DNA of 64,000 bases from Bacillota bacterium (lineage in GTDB: Bacteria > Bacillota > Sulfobacillia > DUSP01 > JBFMCS01), in the NCBI GenBank assembly GCA_040754315.1, contig JBFMCS010000013.1, forward strand, positions 5,638 to 69,637. Direction: 5' to 3'. How positions within the stretch are numbered: position 1 is the first letter of the stretch; the number at the start of each line of letters is the position of its first letter. The notes beneath the pieces were generated by a model that saw nothing but the letters and a program-made list of their open reading frames with translations, did no database searches and had not been told where the DNA came from. The translations under genes were made by a program, and so were the position numbers. Shown piece by piece: positions 1 through 9,357 of the stretch.

Positions 1-2
1 AG

Positions 3-773
3 GCCTTCCTGCGCCTGCGGCCCCTGCCCCCCACCCGTTGCGACCTGCTGGTCCCCTTCGCCGATATCGGCCAAGCCATGGGCACCGTGACCAAGATCGT
101 AGCCGGCAAGGGCATTGTCCCGGCACTCCTTGAGTTCTCCGATGGGGATAGCTTCCGCATTGCCCATGAAGCCTTGGGCAAGCCGCCATTCTTCCCTGGA
201 GCCGATGCCCTCCTCATCATTGGCATTGACGGTGACGACGAGGAGGAGGTGGAGCGCAGATCGAGCATCGTGGGGGATCTCTGCCTCCAAGAGGGTGCCT
301 GCGACGTGATGGTGGCCACCACCACAACCCAGAAGGAGCGGCTCTGGGAGGTCAGGAGGAAGCTCCTGGACGTCATCAAGGGGGTTTGTGAGAAGGTGGA
401 ATTGGAAGACGTGGTGGTCCCCCGGGCTCAGATCCCCCGCTTTGTACAGGCAGTCAAGCAGGCTTCAGTGGCACATGGCATTCCGGTGGCCGCCTGGGGT
501 CACGCAGGCGATGGTAACGTCCACGTCACCCTTCTGAAGAGGGGAGTGGATGATGCTGCCTGGGAGCTGGGTCTTCCTCGCTTGGTGGAGACCGTAATGG
601 ATACTGCCGTCTCCCTTGGCGGGGTGATTACCGGTGAGCACGGGGTGGGGATGGCCAAGAAGGCATTCCTGAAGAAGGCGTGTGGCAAGGCGGAGCTCTC
701 ATTGATGCGCTCCCTAAAGAGGGCCCTGGATCCTGCGGGAATAATGAACCCTGGGAAGATCCTGCAGGACTAG
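3..773 (+). CDS. FAD-linked oxidase, C-terminal part (GlcD/D-lactate dehydrogenase-like); 5' end outside window
   Basis: Frame is open from base 3 (AFLRLRPLPP...). Motifs EDVVVP, WGHAGDGNVH, GGVITGEHGVG and ALDPAGIMNPGK are typical of FAD-oxidase_C. Confidence 0.85.
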   Translation, partial: AFLRLRPLPPTRCDLLVPFADIGQAMGTVTKIVAGKGIVPALLEFSDGDSFRIAHEALGKPPFFPGADALLIIGIDGDDEEEVERRSSIVGDLCLQEGACDVMVATTTTQKERLWEVRRKLLDVIKGVCEKVELEDVVVPRAQIPRFVQAVKQASVAHGIPVAAWGHAGDGNVHVTLLKRGVDDAAWELGLPRLVETVMDTAVSLGGVITGEHGVGMAKKAFLKKACGKAELSLMRSLKRALDPAGIMNPGKILQD

Positions 774-819
774 CATTACTAGACTGGCCACCTGGGGCAA
801 GGAGGAGGTTTCGCCGAAC

Positions 820-1908
820 ATGGGGTACGAAGAGGCGTGGGAACGGGCCGCCAAGATCGCCCAGGACATGGCCGCTTGCACTGGCCGCCGCATGAAGAGG
901 ATCATACGGGGGGATACGCCATCCTTCGCGGAGTGTGACATTGCCCGCCATCCCCAGGATCTGGAGGGGGCAGATGTAGCAATAGTGGGCTTCCCCTACC
1001 AGGGGGTGAAGACCCTTGACCCCCATACGCTGTTACCGGATCAAGCCTCGGTTCCTAGGGGGTCAATCTACTGTCGCGGCGGCGCCGAACTGGCTCCCGA
1101 GTACGTCAGGAAGTACTCCATCTTCTACTCCCTCTCCGAGGGCGGAGGCCCCGTCCCTGAGGTGGACCGGGGTCTCCGGATAGCGGACTGGCTGGCGGTG
1201 AGGGACTACGGTGATGTTGACGTGGTATCAGGAGATGTTGAGGCCACCAACGCCAACACAGTCTCCAGGGTCGGGGAGGTCTTCCGGGCGGGAGCGGTTC
1301 CCGTGGTCATTGGGGGGGATCACGAGGTGTCCACCCCCGTATTCCAAGCGCTCACTCGTGCCCGGCAGGGTAGCGTGGGCGTCGTGGTGTTCGACTCCCA
1401 CTTCGACATGCACTCCGAGCCGCGGTTCTGGGCTGGGTCCCAGTGGGCCAGGGCCTTTGAGACTGGCCGCCTCGAGCCCGGCAACTTCGTCCAGATCGGG
1501 ATCAGGGGGACCCGTCACCCCTTGTCAGAGCCCATTGTGGCCCAGGAGCTGGGATACAGGTACTTCACCATGTCTGAGGTGGACGAGATGGGCATTACTG
1601 CCGTGTGCGAAGAGGCCCTGGAAAGGATGGAGGGAGTGGACTGCCTGTACCTCTCCCTGGACGTTGATATCATTGATCCAGCCTTCTGCCCGGGCCAGCG
1701 CTACCCTGATGTGGGTGGCCTGACCTCCAGGGAAATCTTGAAGGCCCTTCGAATCCTCTCACGGTACGGGTTCACGGCCATGGACACGGCTTGCCTTTCT
1801 CCCCTTTACGACCTTAACGGCATTTCGTGCCAGCTGGTGGCCCGGTGCGTCATAGAGGTCCTCGCAGGCCTCGCCCAGGCACGACGCCTGGACCGGGTCC
1901 GGTTCTAG
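820..1908 (+). CDS. Ureohydrolase (arginase/agmatinase family)
   Basis: Mn-binding motifs GGDH, DSHFD (DxHxD) and SLDVDIIDP; GGAGG RBS upstream. Confidence 0.9.
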   Translation: MGYEEAWERAAKIAQDMAACTGRRMKRIIRGDTPSFAECDIARHPQDLEGADVAIVGFPYQGVKTLDPHTLLPDQASVPRGSIYCRGGAELAPEYVRKYSIFYSLSEGGGPVPEVDRGLRIADWLAVRDYGDVDVVSGDVEATNANTVSRVGEVFRAGAVPVVIGGDHEVSTPVFQALTRARQGSVGVVVFDSHFDMHSEPRFWAGSQWARAFETGRLEPGNFVQIGIRGTRHPLSEPIVAQELGYRYFTMSEVDEMGITAVCEEALERMEGVDCLYLSLDVDIIDPAFCPGQRYPDVGGLTSREILKALRILSRYGFTAMDTACLSPLYDLNGISCQLVARCVIEVLAGLAQARRLDRVRF

Positions 1909-2226
1909 GCTCCCCACGGGCGTGGCCAGTGGTTGTTTTCCAACTCCGTCCCTATGACCCAAGTCTGGATGATGGCGTGTTTCAGAGCGCAGTCAAAACC
2001 TACCGCCTGTACAGCGGGGTTAGCGAGGACGGGTTACCATCGAAGCGCTAACTAGGCTCATACATCTTCGCAAGATACAGGTCATCGCTGTCCCAGCGGA
2101 CGGCGCTGCTCATGAAGGTGGCGGGTCTTGGACAGCAGCGTGGCTTGCCCGGGTGCCGGGTAGAAGCGAAGGCGACATGCTCGCTGCAGGACTCACTGGA
2201 CCCGGCCGCAGGTCACGTGGGCGATT

Positions 2227-3159
2227 CTATGGGCCAGGCTCTGCCCTTCGGATGACCTCAAACTCCCTGCAACCTTCAATGCCTTCCAGGCGGTCCTGGG
2301 TGACCTCTATGGCAGCGGGAGAGATGTCCACTCCGACCCACCTCCGCCCTATCCTCTCAGCTACCACCAGCGTGGTGCCGGAACCACAGAAGACATCAGC
2401 CACCAGGTCGCCGGCGCTTGACGAAGCAGCAAGGATCCTCTCAAGAAGGTTCTCATTCTTCTGGGTGTCATAGCCAGTCTTCTCTTGGGCAAAACTCATT
2501 ATCTGTATGGAGGGCATGTCAACCCACACATCGTCTACGCACTTGCCCGGGGCTTTCCCAGGTTCGCCCCTGCGCCGGTAGCCCGGCTCGTGGGGGATGA
2601 ATATCTTGGTGAAGCGAAATTCCGGGCCCTTTGAGTAAAAGAGGATCACGTCGTGGTTTCTTGCCCAGTTCTTGGCCCTTGTTTTGAACCCCGAGACCCA
2701 GCCGATCCTCCAGATGATCTCCCTGATGAACCGCTCCGGGCCGAACACCTCGTCCATGAGCACCTTAACGTAGTGGCTCACGGTGGGATCCAGGTGAATG
2801 TAGATGGAGCCCGTATCAGCCAAGAGGTCGCGGCAGAGTTCCAGCCTGGCCCTGATATACTCCAGGTATTCGGGGAGACCCCCGGGCCATGTGTCCCCGT
2901 AGGCATACTTCGCCTCGGTCCCCTGCCGGTAGTGCCGGTCCTTCCCGCTGAAGAAAGGGGGATCCCCGTAGATCAGGTCGACCTTGCCATACAGGTCTCC
3001 CCGGAGGGCACTCATGACCTCAAGGTTATCCCCATGGATCAGGAGGTTTCGCCAGCCATCCTGGAGGCTCCCCGAGCCATGCACCACGCCTTTGTCCAGG
3101 GAGCCAGTTGCGGGTGTCCTGGTGCTCCCCTTGCCCTGGAAGGAAAGGCTAACGCTCAC
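2227..3159 (-). CDS. Site-specific DNA amino-methyltransferase (beta class, N6A/N4C), orphan
   Basis: LIHGDNLEVM, motif IV DLIYGDPPF preceding motif I DVFCGSGTT, TQKNENLLERI. GTG at 3159 follows GAGGAGGGAG, so it is preferred over the ORF-track start at 3225. Confidence 0.9.
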   Translation of the reverse strand: MSVSLSFQGKGSTRTPATGSLDKGVVHGSGSLQDGWRNLLIHGDNLEVMSALRGDLYGKVDLIYGDPPFFSGKDRHYRQGTEAKYAYGDTWPGGLPEYLEYIRARLELCRDLLADTGSIYIHLDPTVSHYVKVLMDEVFGPERFIREIIWRIGWVSGFKTRAKNWARNHDVILFYSKGPEFRFTKIFIPHEPGYRRRGEPGKAPGKCVDDVWVDMPSIQIMSFAQEKTGYDTQKNENLLERILAASSSAGDLVADVFCGSGTTLVVAERIGRRWVGVDISPAAIEVTQDRLEGIEGCREFEVIRRAEPGP

Positions 3160-3815
3160 TGGATCTCCCTCCTCGCCTCCTCCGCTTTCTACACCAGTAC
3201 CAGGGCCCCTTAGACACGCGAACACACATTCTCACATCTTCGCAATTGGTCCGGGTCAACCCAGATCCTCCAGGCCCCCATGCCCATCGCTAGGTGCTCG
3301 CACTCCCTGTCGCAGTTCCCTAAAGCGCGCCGCTTCTAAGGATGACCCCTGCAACCCTCTGCAATGGCAATACCTCCCCTATTATAGCATGGGGGAAGTA
3401 AAAGGCGACGGGCCCGCAAGGGGGCAGCATGCAGCCTCCCGCAGAAGGTCTAGACTACCCCAGGGCGCATCAGGACATAGCCTCCCTCGAACTCCTGGAT
3501 GGCCCCCATCTAGATGACGTGCCTGCGATGACACCCACGCAGCTCTCCAGCAGCCAAGACCCTGAAGCGAACTGGAGGCGCGCCTTCGCAAATCGGCCGC
3601 ACAGAGCCCGAACCAGAACATGAGGGACGTCTCGGAAATTCCGCACTTACCTCAGGGGTTGGGCCGGCTACTACTCCAGGCCCCCCTCGAAGCCGTGGAA
3701 GCGAGTGAGAACTCGTATTCACGAACTGTCCCGGCTAGGTCTGGCGGGTTCTGCAGCCTGCGCCTTTGTGCAGACGTCCAGAAGGTCAATTGACGCGTCC
3801 CGGGGGCCGCTAGAC

Positions 3816-3959
3816 CGAGCCCTGGGCTCCGCCTACCGGCAGGCCCAGGGCCCAATCAGCCTACTCTCTACGTGCCCCAGTCTCCTTAACCTTGCTAAGC
3901 CACCCGGTGTGGACCTGCGTGCCGGGTGGTGTAGGGGAACAGAGGCCACGTGTCCCCTC
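3816..3959 (-). repeat. Dispersed three-hairpin structured element, copy A
   Basis: Aligns by eye to 52302..52447 (+) at ~80% identity; inverted repeats ccacccgg/ccgggtgg and gccctgggc/gcccagggc. Confidence 0.85.
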
Positions 3960-3991
3960 CCTCGATCCCAGTCACAGTTGAACAGGACTCT

Positions 3992-4954
3992 CTAGTACCT
4001 GAAGAACACGTGGTTTCCTATGACTGTGGTTACCGGGTGTGACCTCACCCAGCGATTGGTGGTCTTGGCAGGGTTATAAAAGCCGTTAGCCCCAAGGGAG
4101 GGGTCACGCCCCCCTATGGCCTCCCTCACCGCGGAGAACGCCGCCTGGCTCGCCGGGAGATTTATCCTCCCGTCCAGAACCGGGGAGTACTGGTAGTACC
4201 TCCCGTCGGTCACCTCGTACACCACACCAGGGATGGTCTTGGGGTAACGCGGGTCTTTCACCCTGTTTAGAACGGACGCGGCCACCGCCACTTGGCCCTC
4301 GTATGGCTCCCCTCCAGCCTCCGCATGGACCAGGCGGGCAAGAATCTCGATATCAGACGCGCTGAAAGCGCCCTGGCTTGGCTGGGAGGGCTCAGAGCCG
4401 CTACCTTCAGCAGGTACCTGTATGGTTCTCCCGGCCTTGAGGTAGTCACCCTTTATGCCATTGGCTCGCCGGAGTTCTTCCACAGTAGTTCCAAACCTCC
4501 GCGCTATGAGGAAGAGAGAATCTCCTCTTTGCACAGTATACAGCTGCCTGCCCCCAGCGGTGCTGGACAACACAAGCAGCCACCCTGATTCGATATAGTC
4601 GCCTGAGACCTCGTTGGCGGTCCTGAGCTGAGGCACGTTCATCCCCGAGCTCCTGGAAATCAGGTATAGGCTCTCTCCTGACTTCACCCTGTGGGTACTA
4701 ACCCTGCCATCCGGCACCTGGATGACCTGCTTAGGATGTATGGTATCACCCTTCAGGCCGTTGTTCTTCTTGAGTTCCTCCACCGTGCTGCCGAACCGTC
4801 TCGCGATCTTAAACAGGGAATCTCCCGGGCGCACCGGGTACGCCGCCGCCAGCACCGTCCCGCAGAGGACAGCCACCAGCCAGAGTGCCAGAACTACCAC
4901 CATCATTCTATGGTAACGAGTCAACTTTTGCCCCCCTTTGGCCTCCTGGGCCAA
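3992..4954 (-). CDS. LysM-repeat cell wall hydrolase (SleB/CwlJ-type Hydrolase_2 domain)
   Basis: Signal peptide, three LysM repeats (YPVRPGDSLFKIA, HRVKSGESLYLIS, YTVQRGDSLFLIA), then LARLVHAEAGGEPYEGQVAVA...NHVFF. Confidence 0.93.
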   Translation of the reverse strand: MAQEAKGGQKLTRYHRMMVVVLALWLVAVLCGTVLAAAYPVRPGDSLFKIARRFGSTVEELKKNNGLKGDTIHPKQVIQVPDGRVSTHRVKSGESLYLISRSSGMNVPQLRTANEVSGDYIESGWLLVLSSTAGGRQLYTVQRGDSLFLIARRFGTTVEELRRANGIKGDYLKAGRTIQVPAEGSGSEPSQPSQGAFSASDIEILARLVHAEAGGEPYEGQVAVAASVLNRVKDPRYPKTIPGVVYEVTDGRYYQYSPVLDGRINLPASQAAFSAVREAIGGRDPSLGANGFYNPAKTTNRWVRSHPVTTVIGNHVFFRY

Positions 4955-5012
4955 GAGCTGGTAGAACTCACCTCACCTTCCGTGCAATGTTATGTTACCA
5001 ATGAGTCACTAA

Positions 5013-5040
5013 ATTCGACAGGTAGATGCATGTTTTCCTG
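5013..5040 (-). promoter_or_regulatory. Spo0A box (TGTCGAA) overlapping a possible sigmaH promoter of the LysM hydrolase
   Basis: Minus strand CAGGAAAAcatgcatctaccTGTCGAAT. The 0A box is perfect; AGGA-GAAT spacing is 19, slightly long. Confidence 0.5.
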
Positions 5041-5386
5041 CTGGCAACACTATTTTCCGTTAATTCCCTGGCTCACCATGGAGCATACCAGGGGGGGGAT
5101 TCCAGGCTTCATGGCGTCTAGCCGTGCCCGGAGAGGGTTCACGGAGCGTTCAGGATTTGGGTCAGAATAGGAAGAGGGTGGCAGGAGAGCCAGGGCTGTA
5201 CGCCCTCCTAGTGAGGTGGGTGAGTTGAAGCCTGTCCGTACGGGGTTGATGGGGCTACAGGGCAGGTGCTGTGGAGGGTGTCTTGTCCCTGGAGCCCCGG
5301 GGCTCAGGATGCAACCCAGTGACACCCCGCCCGGTTTCCTGCCTTGAGGCGCCTCGGCGGGGCGCAGGCAGCCCGGTTCCAGCTAA

Positions 5387-5923
5387 CTAGATGAACACCG
5401 AATGGCACACGGCCACCGCTGCCAGGAAGGCTGCCATGTCCCCTAGGAGGGCAACGGGAAGGGCGTGACGGGTTCTTTTCACGCCCACGGCGCCAAAGTA
5501 GAGGGTGATTATGTAGAAGGTGGTATCAGTGCTCCCTTGAAGGGTTGACGCCAGGAACCCCGTGAAGGAATCCGGGCCCCACTTGCGCATGAGCTCGGCT
5601 GTGATCCCTAAGGCCCCGCTGCCGGAGATGGGCCTTATGAACATCAGGGGAACCACCTCCGCAGGGATGCCCAAGGGGTCGGTGAAGATGGAAAACCCCG
5701 AAACCAGGATGTCCAGGGCGCCGGACGCCCTGAACACCGAAAAGGCCACAAAGATGCCTACCAGGTACGGAAGGATCTTCAGGGCCAGCCAGAAACCATC
5801 GATGGCTCCCTCCACAAAGGCCTCGTAGACCTTGACGCCCTTCAAGAGGCCGTAGAGTGGTATGCCCACCAGCATGATGGGAAATGCCCAGTGCGACAGG
5901 GAAGCCAGCGCGTCCATCACCAT
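5387..5923 (-). CDS. spmB: Spore maturation protein B
   Basis: VKVYEAFVEGA, GSTDTTFYIITLYFGAVG; directly follows spmA. Confidence 0.93.
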   Translation of the reverse strand: MVMDALASLSHWAFPIMLVGIPLYGLLKGVKVYEAFVEGAIDGFWLALKILPYLVGIFVAFSVFRASGALDILVSGFSIFTDPLGIPAEVVPLMFIRPISGSGALGITAELMRKWGPDSFTGFLASTLQGSTDTTFYIITLYFGAVGVKRTRHALPVALLGDMAAFLAAVAVCHSVFI

Positions 5924-6501
5924 GACCTGAAACCCCTAGCACGGACAAGGCGGTCCAGGAGCAGAACACAGGCAGTGGCCACGAGGGATGCCACGAGGGT
6001 GGTGCCCACTATGGCCGTTGGGCTTCTAGAGTCCAGGGAGGCCCGCAGTGCCACTACGGCACCGGGGATCAGGGTCAGGCCAGAGGTGTTCAGCAGCACG
6101 AAGGTGCACATGCTGTCGCTAGCCTCGTCAGAGTCGTTGATCTTCTGGAGTTCCTGCATGGCCTGGAGGCCCAGGGGGGTAGCCGCGCTCCCCATGCCCA
6201 GCAGGTTGGCGGCAAAGTTCAGCATGATTGCGCCTACGGCAGGGTGCGCGCTGGGGAGCTCGGGGAACAGCATTGAGGCTAGGGGCCTCATGAACCTGGC
6301 AATCGTTTCCACCAGACCGGCCTTTTCAGCTATTTTTAAAAGCCCTAGCCAGAGGCACATGATGCCCAGGAACCCGCCGATGGTCTCCACCGCCGAGTTG
6401 GCCGCGGAGAGTGCCCCTGCCGTGACTACCTCTATCCTCCCTGTGCAGGCGGCCACCACTACCCCAATGGCCAGGAGGCCAAACCAGATGGCATTGAGCA
6501 C
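5917..6501 (-). CDS. spmA: Spore maturation protein A
   Basis: MLNAIW, NFAANLLGMGSAATPLGLQAMQELQ, MCTFVLLNTS. Confidence 0.95.
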   Translation of the reverse strand: MLNAIWFGLLAIGVVVAACTGRIEVVTAGALSAANSAVETIGGFLGIMCLWLGLLKIAEKAGLVETIARFMRPLASMLFPELPSAHPAVGAIMLNFAANLLGMGSAATPLGLQAMQELQKINDSDEASDSMCTFVLLNTSGLTLIPGAVVALRASLDSRSPTAIVGTTLVASLVATACVLLLDRLVRARGFRSW

Positions 6502-6524
6502 GTTGTCTCACCCCTTCCGAAGAC

Positions 6525-6553
6525 AGCATATGAAGGCATGAGCACGCCTAGAA
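6525..6553 (-). promoter_or_regulatory. sigmaE-like promoter of spmAB
   Basis: Minus strand tTCTAGg-N14-CATATGCT upstream of the spmA RBS. Confidence 0.5.
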
Positions 6554-7047
6554 GAACATCGCGGGTTTGGCCCCAAGGCACATGGAACGAATTTCATAAA
6601 TAATTACCGGCCGAAGGACTAACAATAGTAGTGGGTCTACAGCAGCCGAGCCAAGGTCAATCTGGGTTCTGACTAGGAACTCAGATTGGCCGGGCAAAGA
6701 TCGCTACAGGTTCATAGGCCTCTTGGGAGTCGGTGGTTCCCTTGCCACTGGATCTGTAGCGGTCGGCGTGAAGATCATCATGGGTCTCCGAGGGGTTTCG
6801 GGTAGCCGAAGGGCTATCCGGAGCTCCAGGCCTAGATCCATGGTGGTCGAGCTAAGATCGCCAGGGGACTCGGTCCGGTCTGTGGTGGCCGAGAGGTCAT
6901 CATAGGCCGTCCCCGACAGTACTCCTGGCGGTCGAGCAAAGGCCGGAGTGGGTTCAAGCCTGAGGGTCAGGAGTAGCCGAAGGTTGCTCCTGGCTCCGGA
7001 TGGATCCACTTCGACCGGAGCGAAGGTTGCTGTAGGCCCAAGGTTTT

Positions 7048-8394
7048 TTAAATGCCTGCAGCCAGGCCCTTCAGGATCATGTGCCCCACCTTATGGATGT
7101 CTCCTGCTCCCATGGTCAGGACCAGGTCCCCTGGGCGCGCCTCCCGGGTTACCATATCTGCTATGGACTGGAATGATTCACCATAGCGGGCCTGGCCATC
7201 TAGGAGCCGTACCAGGTCAAGGGATGAGACCTCTCCTGTGTTCTCCTCCCGAGCGGCATATATATCGGATATGACCACCCGGTCCGCCTCTTTGAGCGAC
7301 TGGGCGAAGTCATTTAGCAGTGCCCGCGTTCTTGAGAAGGTGTGGGGCTGGAACACACACCAGATCAAGCCCCGGGTCCAGAGGCGGGCAGCCTTCAGGG
7401 TGGCTGATATCTCCGCTGGATGGTGGGCGTAGTCATCAACCACCACGACCCCTCGGGATTCCCCCTTTACCTCGAAGCGACGAAGGGCCCCAGTGAAGTT
7501 TTCCAGGGCGTGCTGTATATCACTGGCAGGCACACCCAGGTAGACACACGCCGCAGCAGATGCCAGGGCATTGTATACGTTGTGGCGGCCGGGGACGCGG
7601 AGCCTCCAGCGGCCGAGTTCCTCCCCGTCCAAGAGTACAGTGAATGTGGGATAGGGCCCTTCGAAACGCAGGTCCGTCGCAGTGAGCCGCCCGGGAGAGG
7701 CCATGCTGTACAACAGGGTTTCGCATCTGCACCTCTCGACGATGGACCTTACCTCGGGGTCATCACCATTTCCCACGAGACAGCCCTGGGCAAGGCTTCC
7801 AAATTCCCCGAATGCCCGGGCGATGCTAGAGAAGTCCCTGTAGAAGTCCACATGGTCCAGGTCAACGTTGAGGATGATCCCAACTTCGGGGCGCAGGCGG
7901 AGGAAGGCGCCTTCATACTCGCATGCCTCGGTCACGAAGTAGCCGCCTGACCCTATCTGCACATTGCCACTAGAGGCCGCCATCTCCCCGCCCACAAGCG
8001 CTGTGGGGCATAGTCCCGCCCCCTCCAGGATGGCCGTGATCATGGAGGTGGTGGTAGTCTTGCCGTGGCTGCCCGCAACAGCCACACTGTGGGGGCACTC
8101 CTTCATTACCTGCCCTAGCATCTCGGCTCTGGATATAACTGTAAGTCCCAGATCCCTCGCCCTGACCAGTTCGGGATTCCAGGGCTTGGCGGCGGCGGTA
8201 TACACCACCACCTGAGCGTTATCCACATGGTTAGGGTCGTGCCCGAGCCAGAACCGGGCGCCCTTGTGTACCAGCCGGTCGGTGATGGCGCTCCCCACCA
8301 TGTCGGATCCCGATACCTCGTGGCCCTTTGCCAGCGCGACCTCAGCGAGCGCGCTCATGCCCATTCCGCCTATGCCCACAAAATGAATCCGCAA
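7048..8394 (-). CDS. murC: UDP-N-acetylmuramate--L-alanine ligase
   Basis: HFVGIGGMGMSALA, VAGSHGKTTTTSM, DDYAHHPAEI, FQPHTFSRT. Confidence 0.97.
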   Translation of the reverse strand: MRIHFVGIGGMGMSALAEVALAKGHEVSGSDMVGSAITDRLVHKGARFWLGHDPNHVDNAQVVVYTAAAKPWNPELVRARDLGLTVISRAEMLGQVMKECPHSVAVAGSHGKTTTTSMITAILEGAGLCPTALVGGEMAASSGNVQIGSGGYFVTEACEYEGAFLRLRPEVGIILNVDLDHVDFYRDFSSIARAFGEFGSLAQGCLVGNGDDPEVRSIVERCRCETLLYSMASPGRLTATDLRFEGPYPTFTVLLDGEELGRWRLRVPGRHNVYNALASAAACVYLGVPASDIQHALENFTGALRRFEVKGESRGVVVVDDYAHHPAEISATLKAARLWTRGLIWCVFQPHTFSRTRALLNDFAQSLKEADRVVISDIYAAREENTGEVSSLDLVRLLDGQARYGESFQSIADMVTREARPGDLVLTMGAGDIHKVGHMILKGLAAGI

Positions 8395-8436
8395 CCTCGA
8401 GACCTTCCCTTCTTCGACGATAGTGATTTTTTCGTC

Positions 8437-9357
8437 CTAGCGTCCCTTTTTCCTCCTGGCCAGCGCCAGTGCGTCATCAACGGGCTGTCCCGTATCCAGG
8501 ACGGCTCTGAACAGGTCTCCCCTCTCTCCAAGTCTCCCGGCCATGTTCTTCAGGTGAAAGGCACCGGGCTCCACGGAGGCCAGCTCCTCCCATGTCACGG
8601 GGGCCGACACCGGGGCGCCCCTAAGGGGCCTGGGGCTGTAAGGGGCCACCACCGTCTTGCCCATCCCGTTCTGGTAGCAGTCTATGTATATACGGCCCTG
8701 TCTGTTTGTCACCTTCCGCTCCAGCGTAGCGCGGTCTGGCATGGATCTGGCCACAAGTCCCGCCAGGAAGAGACAGAGGTCCACAGCGTCCCTGTGGCCG
8801 TAACGTCCCGGCGCCAGGGGTACGTATATGTGGAGCCCCTTGGCCCCTGAAGTCTTCGGGAAACCCATGAGGCCAAGGTGGGCAAGGGCATCCTTCAGTA
8901 CCCTGGCGACCTCCACGGCCTCCCGGAACCCCGAAGGGGGATCAGGGTCCAGATCCAGGACGGCAAAATCGGGGGCCTCCGGCGCATGCCTCCGGGAGAG
9001 CCAGGGGTGAACCTCAATGCATGCCTGGTCGCCCAGCCAGGCCAGGGTGGCAGGCTCCTGTGCGAGCACAAAGTCAATGTCTGCCCCGGAGCCATGATGA
9101 AGGTAGCCCTCTACCCATGGCGGGCTCCCCCTCATGCGGTTTTTTTGGTAGAAGCACTTGCCGTCAATTCCCGAGGGAAAGCGCCTCAAGCTCAGTGGGC
9201 GGTCCCTGAGATGCGGAAGGATGTAGCCTGATACCCGGAGGAAGTAGTCGATGAGGTCGCCTTTGGTGAGACCATCCTCTTCCCAGAGCACCTTGTCCAG
9301 GTTTGACACACCCAGGATCCTTCCATGAACCTGTACCATTGCCTTGGTTACCGCCAC
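8437..9357 (-). CDS. ligD: NHEJ LigD polymerase (primase-polymerase) domain protein
   Basis: LRRFPSGIDGKCFYQK, DLDPDP, KTSGAKGLHIYVPL, IDCYQN..GKTVVAPYSPR. Confidence 0.93.
   Translation of the reverse strand: MAVTKAMVQVHGRILGVSNLDKVLWEEDGLTKGDLIDYFLRVSGYILPHLRDRPLSLRRFPSGIDGKCFYQKNRMRGSPPWVEGYLHHGSGADIDFVLAQEPATLAWLGDQACIEVHPWLSRRHAPEAPDFAVLDLDPDPPSGFREAVEVARVLKDALAHLGLMGFPKTSGAKGLHIYVPLAPGRYGHRDAVDLCLFLAGLVARSMPDRATLERKVTNRQGRIYIDCYQNGMGKTVVAPYSPRPLRGAPVSAPVTWEELASVEPGAFHLKNMAGRLGERGDLFRAVLDTGQPVDDALALARRKKGR

Noticed and set aside
1909-2226. Possible gene remnant between the ureohydrolase and the MTase
   Set aside because: Broken frames with no identifiable family motif.
3784-3875. HEARO/omegaRNA similarity (GTCAA...CAGCCT...CTACG) for the repeat element
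   Set aside because: Spacing is wrong, GTCAA is absent from copy B, and there is no IscB/TnpB gene nearby.
5040-5390. c-di-AMP (ydaO) riboswitch ahead of the LysM hydrolase
   Set aside because: The context fits, but only weak fragments (ggaacc, aaccccgta) are present; GCTGAATCC and GGGGTGAATC are absent.
6690-6905. Ser/Thr kinase-like N-terminus (RYRFIGLLGVGG...VKII) in a plus frame
   Set aside because: Short, lacks any downstream kinase motif or RBS; probably chance.
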